Sequence record: SRR20825006_1106
DNA: 64,000 nucleotides
Direction: 5' to 3' (one strand)
Position numbers and translations under genes: made by a program. Under the pieces are notes generated by a model. That model did not search any database, was not told the origin of the DNA, and saw only the letters and a program-made list of their open reading frames with translations. This document shows positions 47,505 through 57,665 of this stretch, piece by piece. Within the stretch, counting starts at the first letter, position 1. The number at the start of each line of letters is the position of its first letter.

Positions 47505-49430
47505 ATGTCTACACCATTTTCCGATTTAGAACTCACCACATTTGAAAAAATACCAACTACCATATTTGGTACTGCAAAAGAAGGCTCCGATTTTGTAGCT
47601 CAGCAAATTGCAGATTTAATAACAGAACGAAATAAACAGAATAAAAAAACAGTACTTGGCCTTGCAACAGGCTCAACTCCTACTCAGATTTATGATGAAT
47701 TAGTTCGAAAGCATAAAGAGGAAGGACTAAGTTTTAAAAACGTTGTTACGTTTAACTTAGACGAATACTTCCCGATGCAGCCGGATACGTTACAGAGTTA
47801 CGTACACTTTATGAACGAGTATTTATTCGATCATATCGACATTGCTCCTGAGAACGTAAACATTCCAGACGGAACACTAAAGAAAGAAGATATACCTGCT
47901 TTTTGTAAGAAGTATGAAGCAAAAATAGAAGCCGCAGGTGGTCTTGATATTCAAATTCTAGGAGTTGGAAGAACTGGTCATATTGGTTTTAACGAGCCTG
48001 GTTCTCCACTCGATTCAAAAACACGCCTAATCACCCTAGACAGACATACCATGCTGGACGCTGCTAGCGGTTTTTTTGGCATTGAAAATGTTCCAAAACG
48101 CGCTATAACTATGGGCGTTGGCACTATTATGAAAGCTCGCAAAATTTATGTTCTTGCTTGGGGCGAAGGTAAAGCAACAATTATTAACAAAACGGTAGAA
48201 GGCGAGATTAGTAATCATACCCCTTCAACTTTTCTACAAAATCACCCAGATTGCCAAGTCATACTTGACGAAGCCTCTTCTGCAGGATTGACTCGAGTAA
48301 AAACCCCATGGTTAGCTGGTTCGATTAAGTGGAGTAATTTCCTAATCAAGAAAGCGGTTATTTGGCTCAGTAAAAAAGTAGATAAGCCAATTTTAAAGCT
48401 AACTGAAGAAAATTATCGTGAATATGGTATGAACGATGTCTTAATTGAAATCGGTACCGCTTATAACGTTAATATTCGTGTATTCAACCAAATTCAGCAT
48501 ACTATAACAGGATGGCCAGGTGGCAAGCCTGATGCTGACGATACTTATCGTCCAGAAAGAAAAAATCCTTTCCCAAAAAAGGCGCTTATTTTTAGCCCTC
48601 ACCCAGACGATGATGTAATCTCAATGGGTGGAACATTTATCCGTCTTGTTGACCAAGGTCATAAAGTACATGTTGCTTATCAAACTTCAGGAAATATTGC
48701 CGTATTTGACGAAGATGCACTTCGTTTTGCAGATTTCGTAACTGATTACAACGACGCCTTTGGTGTTAAAGACTCTTCTGTGAATAGCATCTTTTCTGGT
48801 GTTAGAAAGTTTTTAAATAACAAAAAAGAAGGTGAAGTTGATTCTGAAGAAGTTAAAACCATAAAAGGTTTAATTCGTCGTGGCGAAGCAAAAGCTGCAA
48901 GTAGATATGTGGGTTTACCTGACGAGCATATCCACTTTCAAGATCTACCTTTCTACGAAACTGGGAAAATTAGAAAGAAACCAATTGGCCCAGAAGACAT
49001 TCGAATTACTAAAGAATTAATTCAGTCTATTAAGCCTCACCAAATTTATGCTGCCGGTGATTTATCCGATCCTCATGGAACGCACAGAGTTTGTTTAGAA
49101 GCTGTATTTCAAGCGCTAAGAGAACTTCGAGACGAGCCATGGATGAAAGATTGTTATGTGTGGCTATACCGCGGTGCATGGCAAGAATGGGAAATCGAAG
49201 ACATTGAAATGGCTGTACCGTTAAGCCCAGAAGAAACCGATCGCAAAAGACGTGCTATTTTCAAGCATCAGTCTCAGAAAGATCGCCCTCTTTTCCCAGG
49301 CTCTGATCGCAGAGAGTTCTGGCAACGAGCAGACGACCGAACTAGAACGACAGCTACATCCTACGATGATCTCGGTTTAGCAGAGTACGAAGCTATGGAA
49401 GCTTTTGTACGCTGGAAAGAATTAGACTAA
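47505..49430 (+). CDS. nagB: Glucosamine-6-phosphate deaminase fused to a PIG-L/LmbE-type deacetylase domain
   Basis: LGLATGSTP, FNLDEY, GRTGHIGFNEPGS; C-terminal SPHPDDD, DPHGTH and KHQSQ. Confidence 0.93.
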   Translation: MSTPFSDLELTTFEKIPTTIFGTAKEGSDFVAQQIADLITERNKQNKKTVLGLATGSTPTQIYDELVRKHKEEGLSFKNVVTFNLDEYFPMQPDTLQSYVHFMNEYLFDHIDIAPENVNIPDGTLKKEDIPAFCKKYEAKIEAAGGLDIQILGVGRTGHIGFNEPGSPLDSKTRLITLDRHTMLDAASGFFGIENVPKRAITMGVGTIMKARKIYVLAWGEGKATIINKTVEGEISNHTPSTFLQNHPDCQVILDEASSAGLTRVKTPWLAGSIKWSNFLIKKAVIWLSKKVDKPILKLTEENYREYGMNDVLIEIGTAYNVNIRVFNQIQHTITGWPGGKPDADDTYRPERKNPFPKKALIFSPHPDDDVISMGGTFIRLVDQGHKVHVAYQTSGNIAVFDEDALRFADFVTDYNDAFGVKDSSVNSIFSGVRKFLNNKKEGEVDSEEVKTIKGLIRRGEAKAASRYVGLPDEHIHFQDLPFYETGKIRKKPIGPEDIRITKELIQSIKPHQIYAAGDLSDPHGTHRVCLEAVFQALRELRDEPWMKDCYVWLYRGAWQEWEIEDIEMAVPLSPEETDRKRRAIFKHQSQKDRPLFPGSDRREFWQRADDRTRTTATSYDDLGLAEYEAMEAFVRWKELD

Positions 49431-49443
49431 TAAGTCTGCACTT

Positions 49444-49476
49444 AAAAAGGCGAAGAATAATCTTCGCCTTTTTTTT
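49444..49476 (+). terminator. Intrinsic terminator after nagB
   Basis: aaaaaggcgaaga-ataa-tcttcgcc followed by a T tract. Confidence 0.85.
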
Positions 49477-49573
49477 ATCAATTTTTTGCACATTTTTGTG
49501 TACCCTTCACCCAACTTTTATTGAAATAATTTCCGACTTGGATTGAAACAGCCACACCTAACGATTATAGCTT

Positions 49574-50857
49574 ATGAGCAATTTTAAGAAAAACCCTTGG
49601 TCTTGGATATCTACCCTCTATTACACACAAGGACTTCCTTATGTAGTTGTGATGACCGTTTCGGTAATCATGTACAAGAATCTAGGTTACTCTAACACTG
49701 AAATTGCTTTTTATACAAGCCTTTTGAATTTACCCTGGGTAATTAAGCCTATTTGGAGCCCAATGGTAGATATGTTTAGAACCAAGAGATGGTGGACATA
49801 TACTACACAGGCTGTTATTGCAGTTGGTTGTGCAGGGGTAGCCTTCTCATTATACACCGAAAGCTTCTTTACCGTAAGTATGGTGTTTCTATTTATACTC
49901 GCATTCAGTTCTGCAACGCATGATATTGCCGCAGATGGTTTTTATATGCTTGCTTTAAGCGACGATAAACAAGCCTTTTTTGTAGGGATTAGATCTACTT
50001 TCTACCGCTTAGCAATAATGAGTGGTGAAGGTTTATTTGTAGTTATTGCTGGTGTAATTGCATCCTCAACTGGCGATGTAGAGTTTTCCTGGACAGTTGT
50101 GTTTAGCATACTATCAGTTCTTATGCTACTTTTAAGTGCATATCACGCGTTCATATTACCAAAACCTGCTGGTGATATTGCTGAGAAAACAAGCGCAAAC
50201 TCCACTTTTAGTAAAGACTTTTTCCTCACATTCGCACTTTTCTTCAAGAAAAAGCAGATAGGACTAATACTCACATTCATTCTACTTTATCGTTTTAGTG
50301 AAGCACAACTTGTAAAGCTTGCCGTACCATTCTTGTTAGATGACAAGTCTATTGGAGGGCTCGGCTTATCTACAACCGAGGTTGGTGTGATTAACGGAAC
50401 TGTTGGTGTAATTGCATTAGTTATTGGTGGTATAATTGGTGGATTGTTAATCTCTAGAGATGGGCTTAAAAAATGGCTCTGGCCAATGATTATTGCCATG
50501 AACTTACCTAATGCTTCCTATTTCGTTTTAGCATATTTCCAGCCAGATTCTTACACGTTAATCAGCTCTTTAGTAGCTATTGAAAAATTCGGTTACGGTT
50601 TTGGCTTTACCGCCTTTATGATGTATTTAATCTATGTTGCTAAGGGTTCTCACCAAACAGCTCATTACGCTTTTGCAACAGGTCTAATGGCTTTAGGCAT
50701 GATGATTCCAGGAGCGTTCAGTGGTATGATTCAAGAAGCGCTGGGATACCAGATGTTTTTTGTTTGGATTATAGTTGCAACAATTCCTGCTTTTGTTGTA
50801 GCAAGGTATGTAACTATTGATGAAGACTTTGGTAAGAAAAAAGAGCCTGCTTCTTAA
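49574..50857 (+). CDS. AmpG-like MFS permease
   Basis: LYYTQGLP, PWVIKPIWSP and SATHDIAADG (AmpG/acetyl-CoA transporter family motifs); about 12 TM. Confidence 0.82.
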   Translation: MSNFKKNPWSWISTLYYTQGLPYVVVMTVSVIMYKNLGYSNTEIAFYTSLLNLPWVIKPIWSPMVDMFRTKRWWTYTTQAVIAVGCAGVAFSLYTESFFTVSMVFLFILAFSSATHDIAADGFYMLALSDDKQAFFVGIRSTFYRLAIMSGEGLFVVIAGVIASSTGDVEFSWTVVFSILSVLMLLLSAYHAFILPKPAGDIAEKTSANSTFSKDFFLTFALFFKKKQIGLILTFILLYRFSEAQLVKLAVPFLLDDKSIGGLGLSTTEVGVINGTVGVIALVIGGIIGGLLISRDGLKKWLWPMIIAMNLPNASYFVLAYFQPDSYTLISSLVAIEKFGYGFGFTAFMMYLIYVAKGSHQTAHYAFATGLMALGMMIPGAFSGMIQEALGYQMFFVWIIVATIPAFVVARYVTIDEDFGKKKEPAS

Positions 50858-50894
50858 TAGAAAATATCTCTTTTAGCATTCCTTCATTTTTTTT

Positions 50895-50930
50895 AAAGCA
50901 CTAGCATAATATAAGCTAGTGCTTTCTTTT
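50895..50930 (+). terminator. Intrinsic terminator after the MFS gene
   Basis: aaagcactagc...gctagtgcttt followed by T-rich sequence. Confidence 0.7.
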
Positions 50931-51194
50931 TATATGAACATACGCCCCATATTTCATTTCTAACGAGCTCTCTTAGTTAGTTTTATCTCACGTTCTTTTA
51001 GATGTTAGACTGTACTTAAAAACGGATCTTACAAAAGGGAAACCCGCCCTTCTTAAGGGCTGTTTACTATTTATTATATAAAGCTAGATGGATTCGAAAA
51101 AACGACAAATCACATTAGTGGAACCTTGATATCAAAATACTACAATCCATTGATTTAGATTGTTCATTACTGGCACTATTTAACTTGTACAAAT

Positions 51195-51234
51195 AAAAAA
51201 GCCAAGACTAGAATACTTTCTAATCTTGGCTTTT
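51195..51234 (-). terminator. Intrinsic terminator after the amidase gene
   Basis: aaaaaagccaaga...tcttggctttt inverted repeat. Confidence 0.75.
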
Positions 51235-51268
51235 ATACACTTTGATTTTATATCTAAGGAATTAGATG

Positions 51269-53071
51269 CTAGTCTAAAATCACCTCTTCCCTCGTTATTG
51301 CAGATACATCTGCATAATCAATAAAATACTCCTCTAATCCATCTGCAATTTGTTCTGCAATACGTATTTGAAAAGCTTCATCAGCTAAAAGTATCTCTTC
51401 TTCAGGATTCGACATAAATGCTGTTTCTACCAATACATTTGGAAATTCGATAGGGGCATTTAATGAGAAATTGAAGCTTCCTGTAATTCCATATTGAGTC
51501 AGTCCAAGATCTAACATTTTGCTATACATTACTTGTGCTAATGGTTTGTAAGCGATGTGCTTATAAAAGGCGCCTGTTCCCTTAGTTGCAAAAGGATCGC
51601 TCGTGTAGCCCAAAGAGTTTGCATGAATACTAACTAGTAGATCAGCTTTACTATTAATAACCATATCGGCACGCTCACTCATATAAACGTAATCATCATT
51701 TTCGCGAGTCATTAATACACTTGCACCACGTGCTTGTAATACAGAATCTAGTTTATGAGAAATCTGAAGAGTAACGTCTTTCTCCATTAGCCCCGTAGAA
51801 CCTAAGGACCCATTATTATTACCTCCATGCCCTGCATCAACTGCAATCTTTAATCCAGCTAATGGACTCTCAAAGTTTGTAACCTTAGGCGCTCTACGAA
51901 CCTTAATAGTTAGTTGAGAACCCCAACCGTAACCAACTGAGTAGCCCCAATTTTGCTTGTTATTCAACTTAATTCTGAGTTGATATAAGTTATCTTCTAA
52001 TTGTCGCCACTCTACCTCTTTAATTCCTTCTGCACTTAAGTGTTTAGTTTTCCAGTTTGTGTTGGAAGTAGCGCCGTAAACATTCACAATAATCTCGTTT
52101 GGATCGAGCTGTTGAGTACTTGTATATGGAAGTTTTTGAGCTAAACTCAGTGTGATAATATCTTCTTGGCTATTACCAGTAATTCGGATATTCCCAGTAA
52201 GTGATTCTGGAACTCGAGCCTCTTCTGGTAATAATTCGACTTGTCCAACAGGAATCCATGCCGAAAGAGCTGGAGTCAATTCAACTTTATAGTTGTCTGT
52301 TAAGCGACCAATCACTTTCAGCTTCACCCCTTTCTCAAGGTACCCATAACGTGCTCCGCCTAAACGATCTGTTCCCATACCAACACTTAAATAAGCTTTG
52401 TCGGCTGTAACTTCTGCAACTCTAGGAAGGCCATTAAAGCTTACCACTGAAGAGCTTTTGGACTTAACATATCCAAAAATTCCTTTCTTCATTTTAAACG
52501 TAATATGCTTTTGATCCACATAATCGCCAGGCATAACTTCGTACTTACCCACATAAACACCTTTCCTTCCACCAGAAAGTTCTTTCATCGGGATATTCCT
52601 TTTAAAACCATCAATGTTGAACACTGCCGATTCATTTGGACTTCCTAGAAAACGCACTTCCAAAACTTCTCCGGTTTTCAACCAGATGTCATCGTTTGGT
52701 AACTCCATTCTATTCGTAATAGTTTTTCCTTTTAAAATATCTGGTACAGATGATTTTGGGCGAAGGAAAATCATTTCTTTTGTAACCGTTTCGCCATTCA
52801 AAACTACTTTAAATTCTAGTCGAACAGTGTCTTCTTCGCTAAGTTCGATAAGTTTAGCAAATGCCCCGTTAGAATATACTTTCACTTCTTCGCCATTTAT
52901 GAAAGCCTGAGCACCTGGGTGTGTTCCTGCAGCAACTCTATACCTTGAGTAGGGAACTATAGTGGAATCTTCTTCTGGGATGGTTACGTTTAAGAATAAT
53001 GCATCAGCAGATTGAGCAAATATTCCCGTTGATAAGAAAACGAGACTTAATAATGTGAGTAAATATTTCAT
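51269..53071 (-). CDS. N-acetylmuramoyl-L-alanine amidase (Amidase_3), exported, multidomain
   Basis: VDAGHGG, EKDV, LVSIHAN and LVETAF zinc/catalytic motifs; signal peptide from ATG 53071 (MKYLL). Confidence 0.9.
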   Translation of the reverse strand: MKYLLTLLSLVFLSTGIFAQSADALFLNVTIPEEDSTIVPYSRYRVAAGTHPGAQAFINGEEVKVYSNGAFAKLIELSEEDTVRLEFKVVLNGETVTKEMIFLRPKSSVPDILKGKTITNRMELPNDDIWLKTGEVLEVRFLGSPNESAVFNIDGFKRNIPMKELSGGRKGVYVGKYEVMPGDYVDQKHITFKMKKGIFGYVKSKSSSVVSFNGLPRVAEVTADKAYLSVGMGTDRLGGARYGYLEKGVKLKVIGRLTDNYKVELTPALSAWIPVGQVELLPEEARVPESLTGNIRITGNSQEDIITLSLAQKLPYTSTQQLDPNEIIVNVYGATSNTNWKTKHLSAEGIKEVEWRQLEDNLYQLRIKLNNKQNWGYSVGYGWGSQLTIKVRRAPKVTNFESPLAGLKIAVDAGHGGNNNGSLGSTGLMEKDVTLQISHKLDSVLQARGASVLMTRENDDYVYMSERADMVINSKADLLVSIHANSLGYTSDPFATKGTGAFYKHIAYKPLAQVMYSKMLDLGLTQYGITGSFNFSLNAPIEFPNVLVETAFMSNPEEEILLADEAFQIRIAEQIADGLEEYFIDYADVSAITREEVILD

Positions 53072-53072
53072 A

Positions 53073-54329
53073 TTAGTTGTACAGATAATATTTTTTGGAT
53101 GTATTTCGGAAGCTTTCAACGTCCTTATTTAGATAATCTTGAATATCAGATACTTTAAATTCTTTAGAAAATAGTTCACGAACTTTATCTGAACCAATTA
53201 CTTTATCAAATACTGCTGGTCGCGTTGGATTACCAATTTCAAAAGGATTTTTTTCCGGGTATAACTCGTGATGAGCTTGTAAGAACCAAAGTTGAAGTTC
53301 CATTAAATTCGTTTTAGAGTAATCAGAAAAATGGATTTGAACACCTCTTAATGTTTTGCCTTCATCTCTACCGTAATAAGGCTTAAAAACTAATGGGCGA
53401 AAGATTACACCTTCCAAACCATATCCATTCATTGTTTCTGCCAAATCATTTTCGTCAATCCACTCGGCAGCAAAAACTTGAAAAGGAGTAGTATATCCAA
53501 CACCTTCAGAGAATACACCTAACTCACCTACAATACCTGTAGCAACATAGAAATATGATGAATAAGCATGTGGAATATGTGGTGAAGTAGGAACCCAAGC
53601 CAAGCCCGTTTTATCATAAGTCATTGCGCGATCCCAACCCTCTAGGCCAATAACCGTCAGGTCTGCTTGAACACCTTCAGTCAACATTTTCTCGCCATTC
53701 AATAACAGAGCAAATTCTCCAGGTGTTAACCCATAAACATATGGCACTGGGTATTGGCTAATGAATGAATAGAAACCTTCTTCTACCACGTTTCCTTCAA
53801 TTTTAAGTCCACCAAGTGGATTTGGACGATCTAACACCATCACTTTTATACCATGCTCAGAAGCAGCTTCCATTGCTAAACCTAAAGTGCTAATAAAAGT
53901 GTAAGACCGAACGCCTACATCTTGAATATCATATACTAGAACATCTACGCCTTCTAACATTTCTGCGGTTGGCTTTCTTGTCTTTCCATAGAGAGAGAAC
54001 ACTTCAATACCCGTGCGCTCATCGATGTAAGTTTCTACTTTTAAACCAGCGGAGATATCACCTCTTACACCATGCTCAGGCCCATATAATGCAACAAGGT
54101 CTACATTCTCAGATTCATTTAGCAAATCGACCGTAGAGCGGAGATTTTTATCAACACCAGTAGCATTTGTTATAAGACCAACGCGCATACCTTTAAGAGG
54201 TTCAAAGTTCTGTTCAACGAGTACATCAATTCCAGTTTTAACGCTCTGTGTTTTTGCTTTCTGAGAGCACGCCGGAGCTGTTAAAAGTGCAACAAGTACA
54301 AAGGATATTCCAATAAGTTTTCTAAGCAT
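53073..54329 (-). CDS. namZ: Exo-beta-N-acetylmuramidase NamZ (DUF1343/GH171), lipoprotein
   Basis: GLITNATG, PEHGVRG, DIQDVGVRSYTF, LDRPNPLGG, WVPTSPHIP, SEGVG; Cys lipobox TAPAC. Confidence 0.9.
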   Translation of the reverse strand: MLRKLIGISFVLVALLTAPACSQKAKTQSVKTGIDVLVEQNFEPLKGMRVGLITNATGVDKNLRSTVDLLNESENVDLVALYGPEHGVRGDISAGLKVETYIDERTGIEVFSLYGKTRKPTAEMLEGVDVLVYDIQDVGVRSYTFISTLGLAMEAASEHGIKVMVLDRPNPLGGLKIEGNVVEEGFYSFISQYPVPYVYGLTPGEFALLLNGEKMLTEGVQADLTVIGLEGWDRAMTYDKTGLAWVPTSPHIPHAYSSYFYVATGIVGELGVFSEGVGYTTPFQVFAAEWIDENDLAETMNGYGLEGVIFRPLVFKPYYGRDEGKTLRGVQIHFSDYSKTNLMELQLWFLQAHHELYPEKNPFEIGNPTRPAVFDKVIGSDKVRELFSKEFKVSDIQDYLNKDVESFRNTSKKYYLYN

Positions 54330-54457
54330 TTTTTTCAATTAAATATTCATGTAGTTTGTAAAGGAATTTATTGAAATAAATTGGAACCTGCTTCCTAAGA
54401 GTCTTACTATTCATCACTTTTACAATTCCCATTATCATCAAGCTTAGATTGAATTAA

Positions 54458-55504
54458 ATGTTAAAAAACACAATGACTTTAGAGGAAAAAATAGGACAAC
54501 TTTTTGTTATGGGCTTTCGCGGAGGCGATGTTTCCCCAGGCTCAACTGTTCATCACGATATCGCTGAGCTAGGAGTTGGAGGGGTAATTCTATTTGACAA
54601 AGATATGGTTTATCACCGCCCTATTAATAATATTGAGTCTCCTGAGCAATTAAATGAGCTTACAAAGCAGTTACAGAGCTATAGTGATCTACCACTTTTT
54701 ATTAGTATTGATCAAGAAGGTGGGCTAATTAATAGATTGAAGCCTGAGTATGGATTCCCTGAAACTCGTTCTCATGGCGAATTGGGAAAACTCAATGATC
54801 CGAAAGAAACTGAAACTGAAGGCGCTCACATCGCAAAAATTCTTAGAGGAATGGGAATAAATTTAAATTTTGCCCCCGTTTTAGATATTGCAAAGAATCC
54901 TGAGACCTCTGTTATCGGAAAACGTGAGCGTAGTTTTGGCGCAGATGACGCAAGTGTGAGCTTACATTCTGAAGCGTATGTAAGAGGCCATGAAAGCGAG
55001 AATATTCTTTCTTGCTGTAAACACTTTCCTGGCCACGGTAGCGCTGTTGGTGATACTCATTTTGGCTTTGTTGACGTGACAGATACGTGGGAAGAAAACG
55101 AAGTAGCTCCTTATAAAAATCTTATTGAAAAAGACTTATGTCGTATGATTATGACTGCGCATATCTTCAATAAAAGATTCGATGATAAATTGCCGTCTAC
55201 TCTTTCCGAAAAAGCAATTCAAGGCTTTCTTCGTACGGAGCTTGGTTATGATGGGGTTGTTATCTCAGACGACATGCAAATGCAAGCAATATCAGACCAC
55301 TACTCGTTGAAGGAATCCCTTCGATTAGGCATTCTTGCAGGCTTAGATCTATTCTGTTTTGGTAACAATCTACTTCAAGAACAAATAAAAGCTAGTGAAG
55401 CAATTAATGCTGTTCTTGAATTAGTTGAAGAAGGTGAAATCTCAGAAGAACGAATTGACGTTTCCGTGAATAGAATCTTAAAGCTTAAAGAAGTAATTGC
55501 TTAG
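54458..55504 (+). CDS. nagZ: GH3 beta-N-acetylglucosaminidase (NagZ-like, single domain)
   Basis: IDQEGG, APVLD, KHFPGHG...GDTH, IMTAH, SDDMQM; no obvious signal peptide. Confidence 0.88.
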   Translation: MLKNTMTLEEKIGQLFVMGFRGGDVSPGSTVHHDIAELGVGGVILFDKDMVYHRPINNIESPEQLNELTKQLQSYSDLPLFISIDQEGGLINRLKPEYGFPETRSHGELGKLNDPKETETEGAHIAKILRGMGINLNFAPVLDIAKNPETSVIGKRERSFGADDASVSLHSEAYVRGHESENILSCCKHFPGHGSAVGDTHFGFVDVTDTWEENEVAPYKNLIEKDLCRMIMTAHIFNKRFDDKLPSTLSEKAIQGFLRTELGYDGVVISDDMQMQAISDHYSLKESLRLGILAGLDLFCFGNNLLQEQIKASEAINAVLELVEEGEISEERIDVSVNRILKLKEVIA

Positions 55505-56348
55505 CATTTTTAGCTAAATGAGCATCTACTAAACGATCAATGGGCTTTTGAACTATTATATCCAGTTCATAGCCTTTTTCTTCTAACACTCGCTGAAGAA
55601 TCTCTTTGTTATAGGCAGCAACTGAACCCACAAAACCAATATTTTTGATGTTGTGTTTCTTAAAATAGTATAGCTGCTTATTAACAAACTCATTAAATCC
55701 TTTTTCTACAATATCTTGAATGTAGGGGTGCTCAGAATATTCCGCTAAAATGTACGCGAATGAAGCTATATATGCATTGCCCCTTGGCTTACGGTACATA
55801 TGATCTAGCGTAGTTTCAAGACTCATATCAAATTTGCTGTGCAGTGATTTATGTAACTCTTCGGGCATAATATTGTAATAGTAATCTCTTACCAGTTTTT
55901 TACCGAAATAGCCCCCACTACCTTCATCACCTAAAGTAAATCCCAATGATGGAATTTGGTCGATTATTTTTTCGCCATCATAAACACAAGAGTTAGATCC
56001 TGTTCCTAAAATACAAGCAATACCTACCCTATCGTTAAAGCAAGCCTTTGCCGAAGCTAATAAATCAGTACTTATTACAATTTCAGAATTAGTGAATTGA
56101 CTAGAGATTGCATCTTCAACCAACGATGCCATTGCTGGGCTTGAGCAACCAGCACCATAAAATAACACCTTATCAATTTTTATTTCTCCTAATTCCACAA
56201 TTAATCCGCCAACTTCGCTAGCAATTTGTTCCTTTGTGGTGAAATAAGGGTTAAGCCCCTTTGTTTTATACAGTTTTTTTTGATTTAAACCGTCTGTTAA
56301 AATCCACTCTGTTTTTGTAGATCCGCTATCTGCGATGAGTAAAGTCAT
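55485..56348 (-). CDS. BadF/BadG/BcrA/BcrD-family N-acetylglucosamine (or MurNAc) kinase
   Basis: IADSGSTKTEW, YGAGC, ILGTGSN, LGDEGSG, GSVA. Confidence 0.85.
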   Translation of the reverse strand: MTLLIADSGSTKTEWILTDGLNQKKLYKTKGLNPYFTTKEQIASEVGGLIVELGEIKIDKVLFYGAGCSSPAMASLVEDAISSQFTNSEIVISTDLLASAKACFNDRVGIACILGTGSNSCVYDGEKIIDQIPSLGFTLGDEGSGGYFGKKLVRDYYYNIMPEELHKSLHSKFDMSLETTLDHMYRKPRGNAYIASFAYILAEYSEHPYIQDIVEKGFNEFVNKQLYYFKKHNIKNIGFVGSVAAYNKEILQRVLEEKGYELDIIVQKPIDRLVDAHLAKNAKQLLL

Positions 56349-56457
56349 TGAATATATCTTAAGGCATTTATTGCCCTTGAAGATATAAATAACGCTGTTG
56401 CTTTTCTACCTAACAATGCTAAAATTGCGATATAAAACTCATTCTAATATTAAGTCA

Positions 56458-57618
56458 ATGACCTCTCTCTCAGGTATTTCTTCGGGTAAAAGATTAGTAT
56501 CTCTAGACTTCTTCCGTGGCGCAACTGTAATGCTTATGATCCTTGTAAACAACCCTGGATCATGGTCTAACATTTATGGCCCTTTTAAACACGCTTCTTG
56601 GCATGGTTGGACTCCAACAGACCTCATTTTTCCATTCTTCTTATTTATTGTTGGGGTGTCTATTGTTCTAGCTTTTACGAAAGCTCAAGCCAAAGGCGCA
56701 GATAAAAATGTTTTATTCAAAAAAAGTGTTATTCGAGCTCTAAAGATTTTTGGATTGGGGCTAGCTTTAGCTTCATTTCCCTACCTTACATTCTCCCCCG
56801 AGTTTGGATTGCACACTAATCTTTCAGATATCCGAATAATGGGAGTGCTACAGCGAATTGCAATTTGCTACGCTATAGGAGCTTACCTCTTTTTATATAC
56901 CAAGCCTAAAACACAAATGTATACTCTAGCTGCATTACTTTTAAGCTATTGGGGAATGATGAAGCTTATACCTGTACCAGGCTTTGGTGCTGGAATGATA
57001 GATCAACCTGATACAAATTTTGCGGCCTATATTGACCAACTAGTTCTTGGAACACACATGTGGAAATCAAACTGGGATCCTGAAGGTTTACTAAGTACAA
57101 TCCCAGCAATAGGAAGCACACTATTGGGAATTTGGACCGGTAGACTGTTAGTAAGTGAGCAGAAGTCGGAAGAATCCCGAACTCTTCAGTTCTTTGTTTG
57201 GGGATTTATTTTAATAATCATCGGCTATATCTGGAGTTGGGCTTTTCCAATTAACAAAAACATCTGGACTAGTTCATACACCTTATTTACTGGTGGGCAA
57301 GCAATGTGTTTATTTGGCTTGAGCTATTGGTTTATTGATGTAAAAGAGAACAAAAAATTTACCGATTGGGGAGTGGCTTTTGGACTTAACGCAATAACGG
57401 TATTCTTCCTTAGTGGAATTATTGGAAGACTAATGTTCTTGATAAAAATACCGATTAACGGTGAGTCTGTTGCTCTAAAAACTTGGCTCTTTAACGATAT
57501 TTTCAGCACTATAGCATCACCTATTAACGCTTCTTTGCTTTACGCTTTTACATGGATAATCATGTTTTACGCCCTTGCAAATTGGATGAAAAAGAAAAAC
57601 ATCATTATCAAAGTTTAG
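56458..57618 (+). CDS. HGSNAT-like (NagX/DUF5009) membrane acetyltransferase
   Basis: RLVSLDFFRG, VNNPG, FKHASWHG.T..DLIFPFF, GVLQRI, DPEGLL, PINKNIWT; ATG 56458 taken as start. Confidence 0.85.
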   Translation: MTSLSGISSGKRLVSLDFFRGATVMLMILVNNPGSWSNIYGPFKHASWHGWTPTDLIFPFFLFIVGVSIVLAFTKAQAKGADKNVLFKKSVIRALKIFGLGLALASFPYLTFSPEFGLHTNLSDIRIMGVLQRIAICYAIGAYLFLYTKPKTQMYTLAALLLSYWGMMKLIPVPGFGAGMIDQPDTNFAAYIDQLVLGTHMWKSNWDPEGLLSTIPAIGSTLLGIWTGRLLVSEQKSEESRTLQFFVWGFILIIIGYIWSWAFPINKNIWTSSYTLFTGGQAMCLFGLSYWFIDVKENKKFTDWGVAFGLNAITVFFLSGIIGRLMFLIKIPINGESVALKTWLFNDIFSTIASPINASLLYAFTWIIMFYALANWMKKKNIIIKV

Positions 57619-57665
57619 CACTTTAATAATGATGTTTTAAACTTTCTTTTTTTGACCTTGGTTAT

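Noticed and set aside
55485-55504. 20-bp convergent overlap of nagZ and the kinase gene as a regulatory feature
   Set aside because: Short tail-to-tail overlaps are common in compact genomes; no further evidence.
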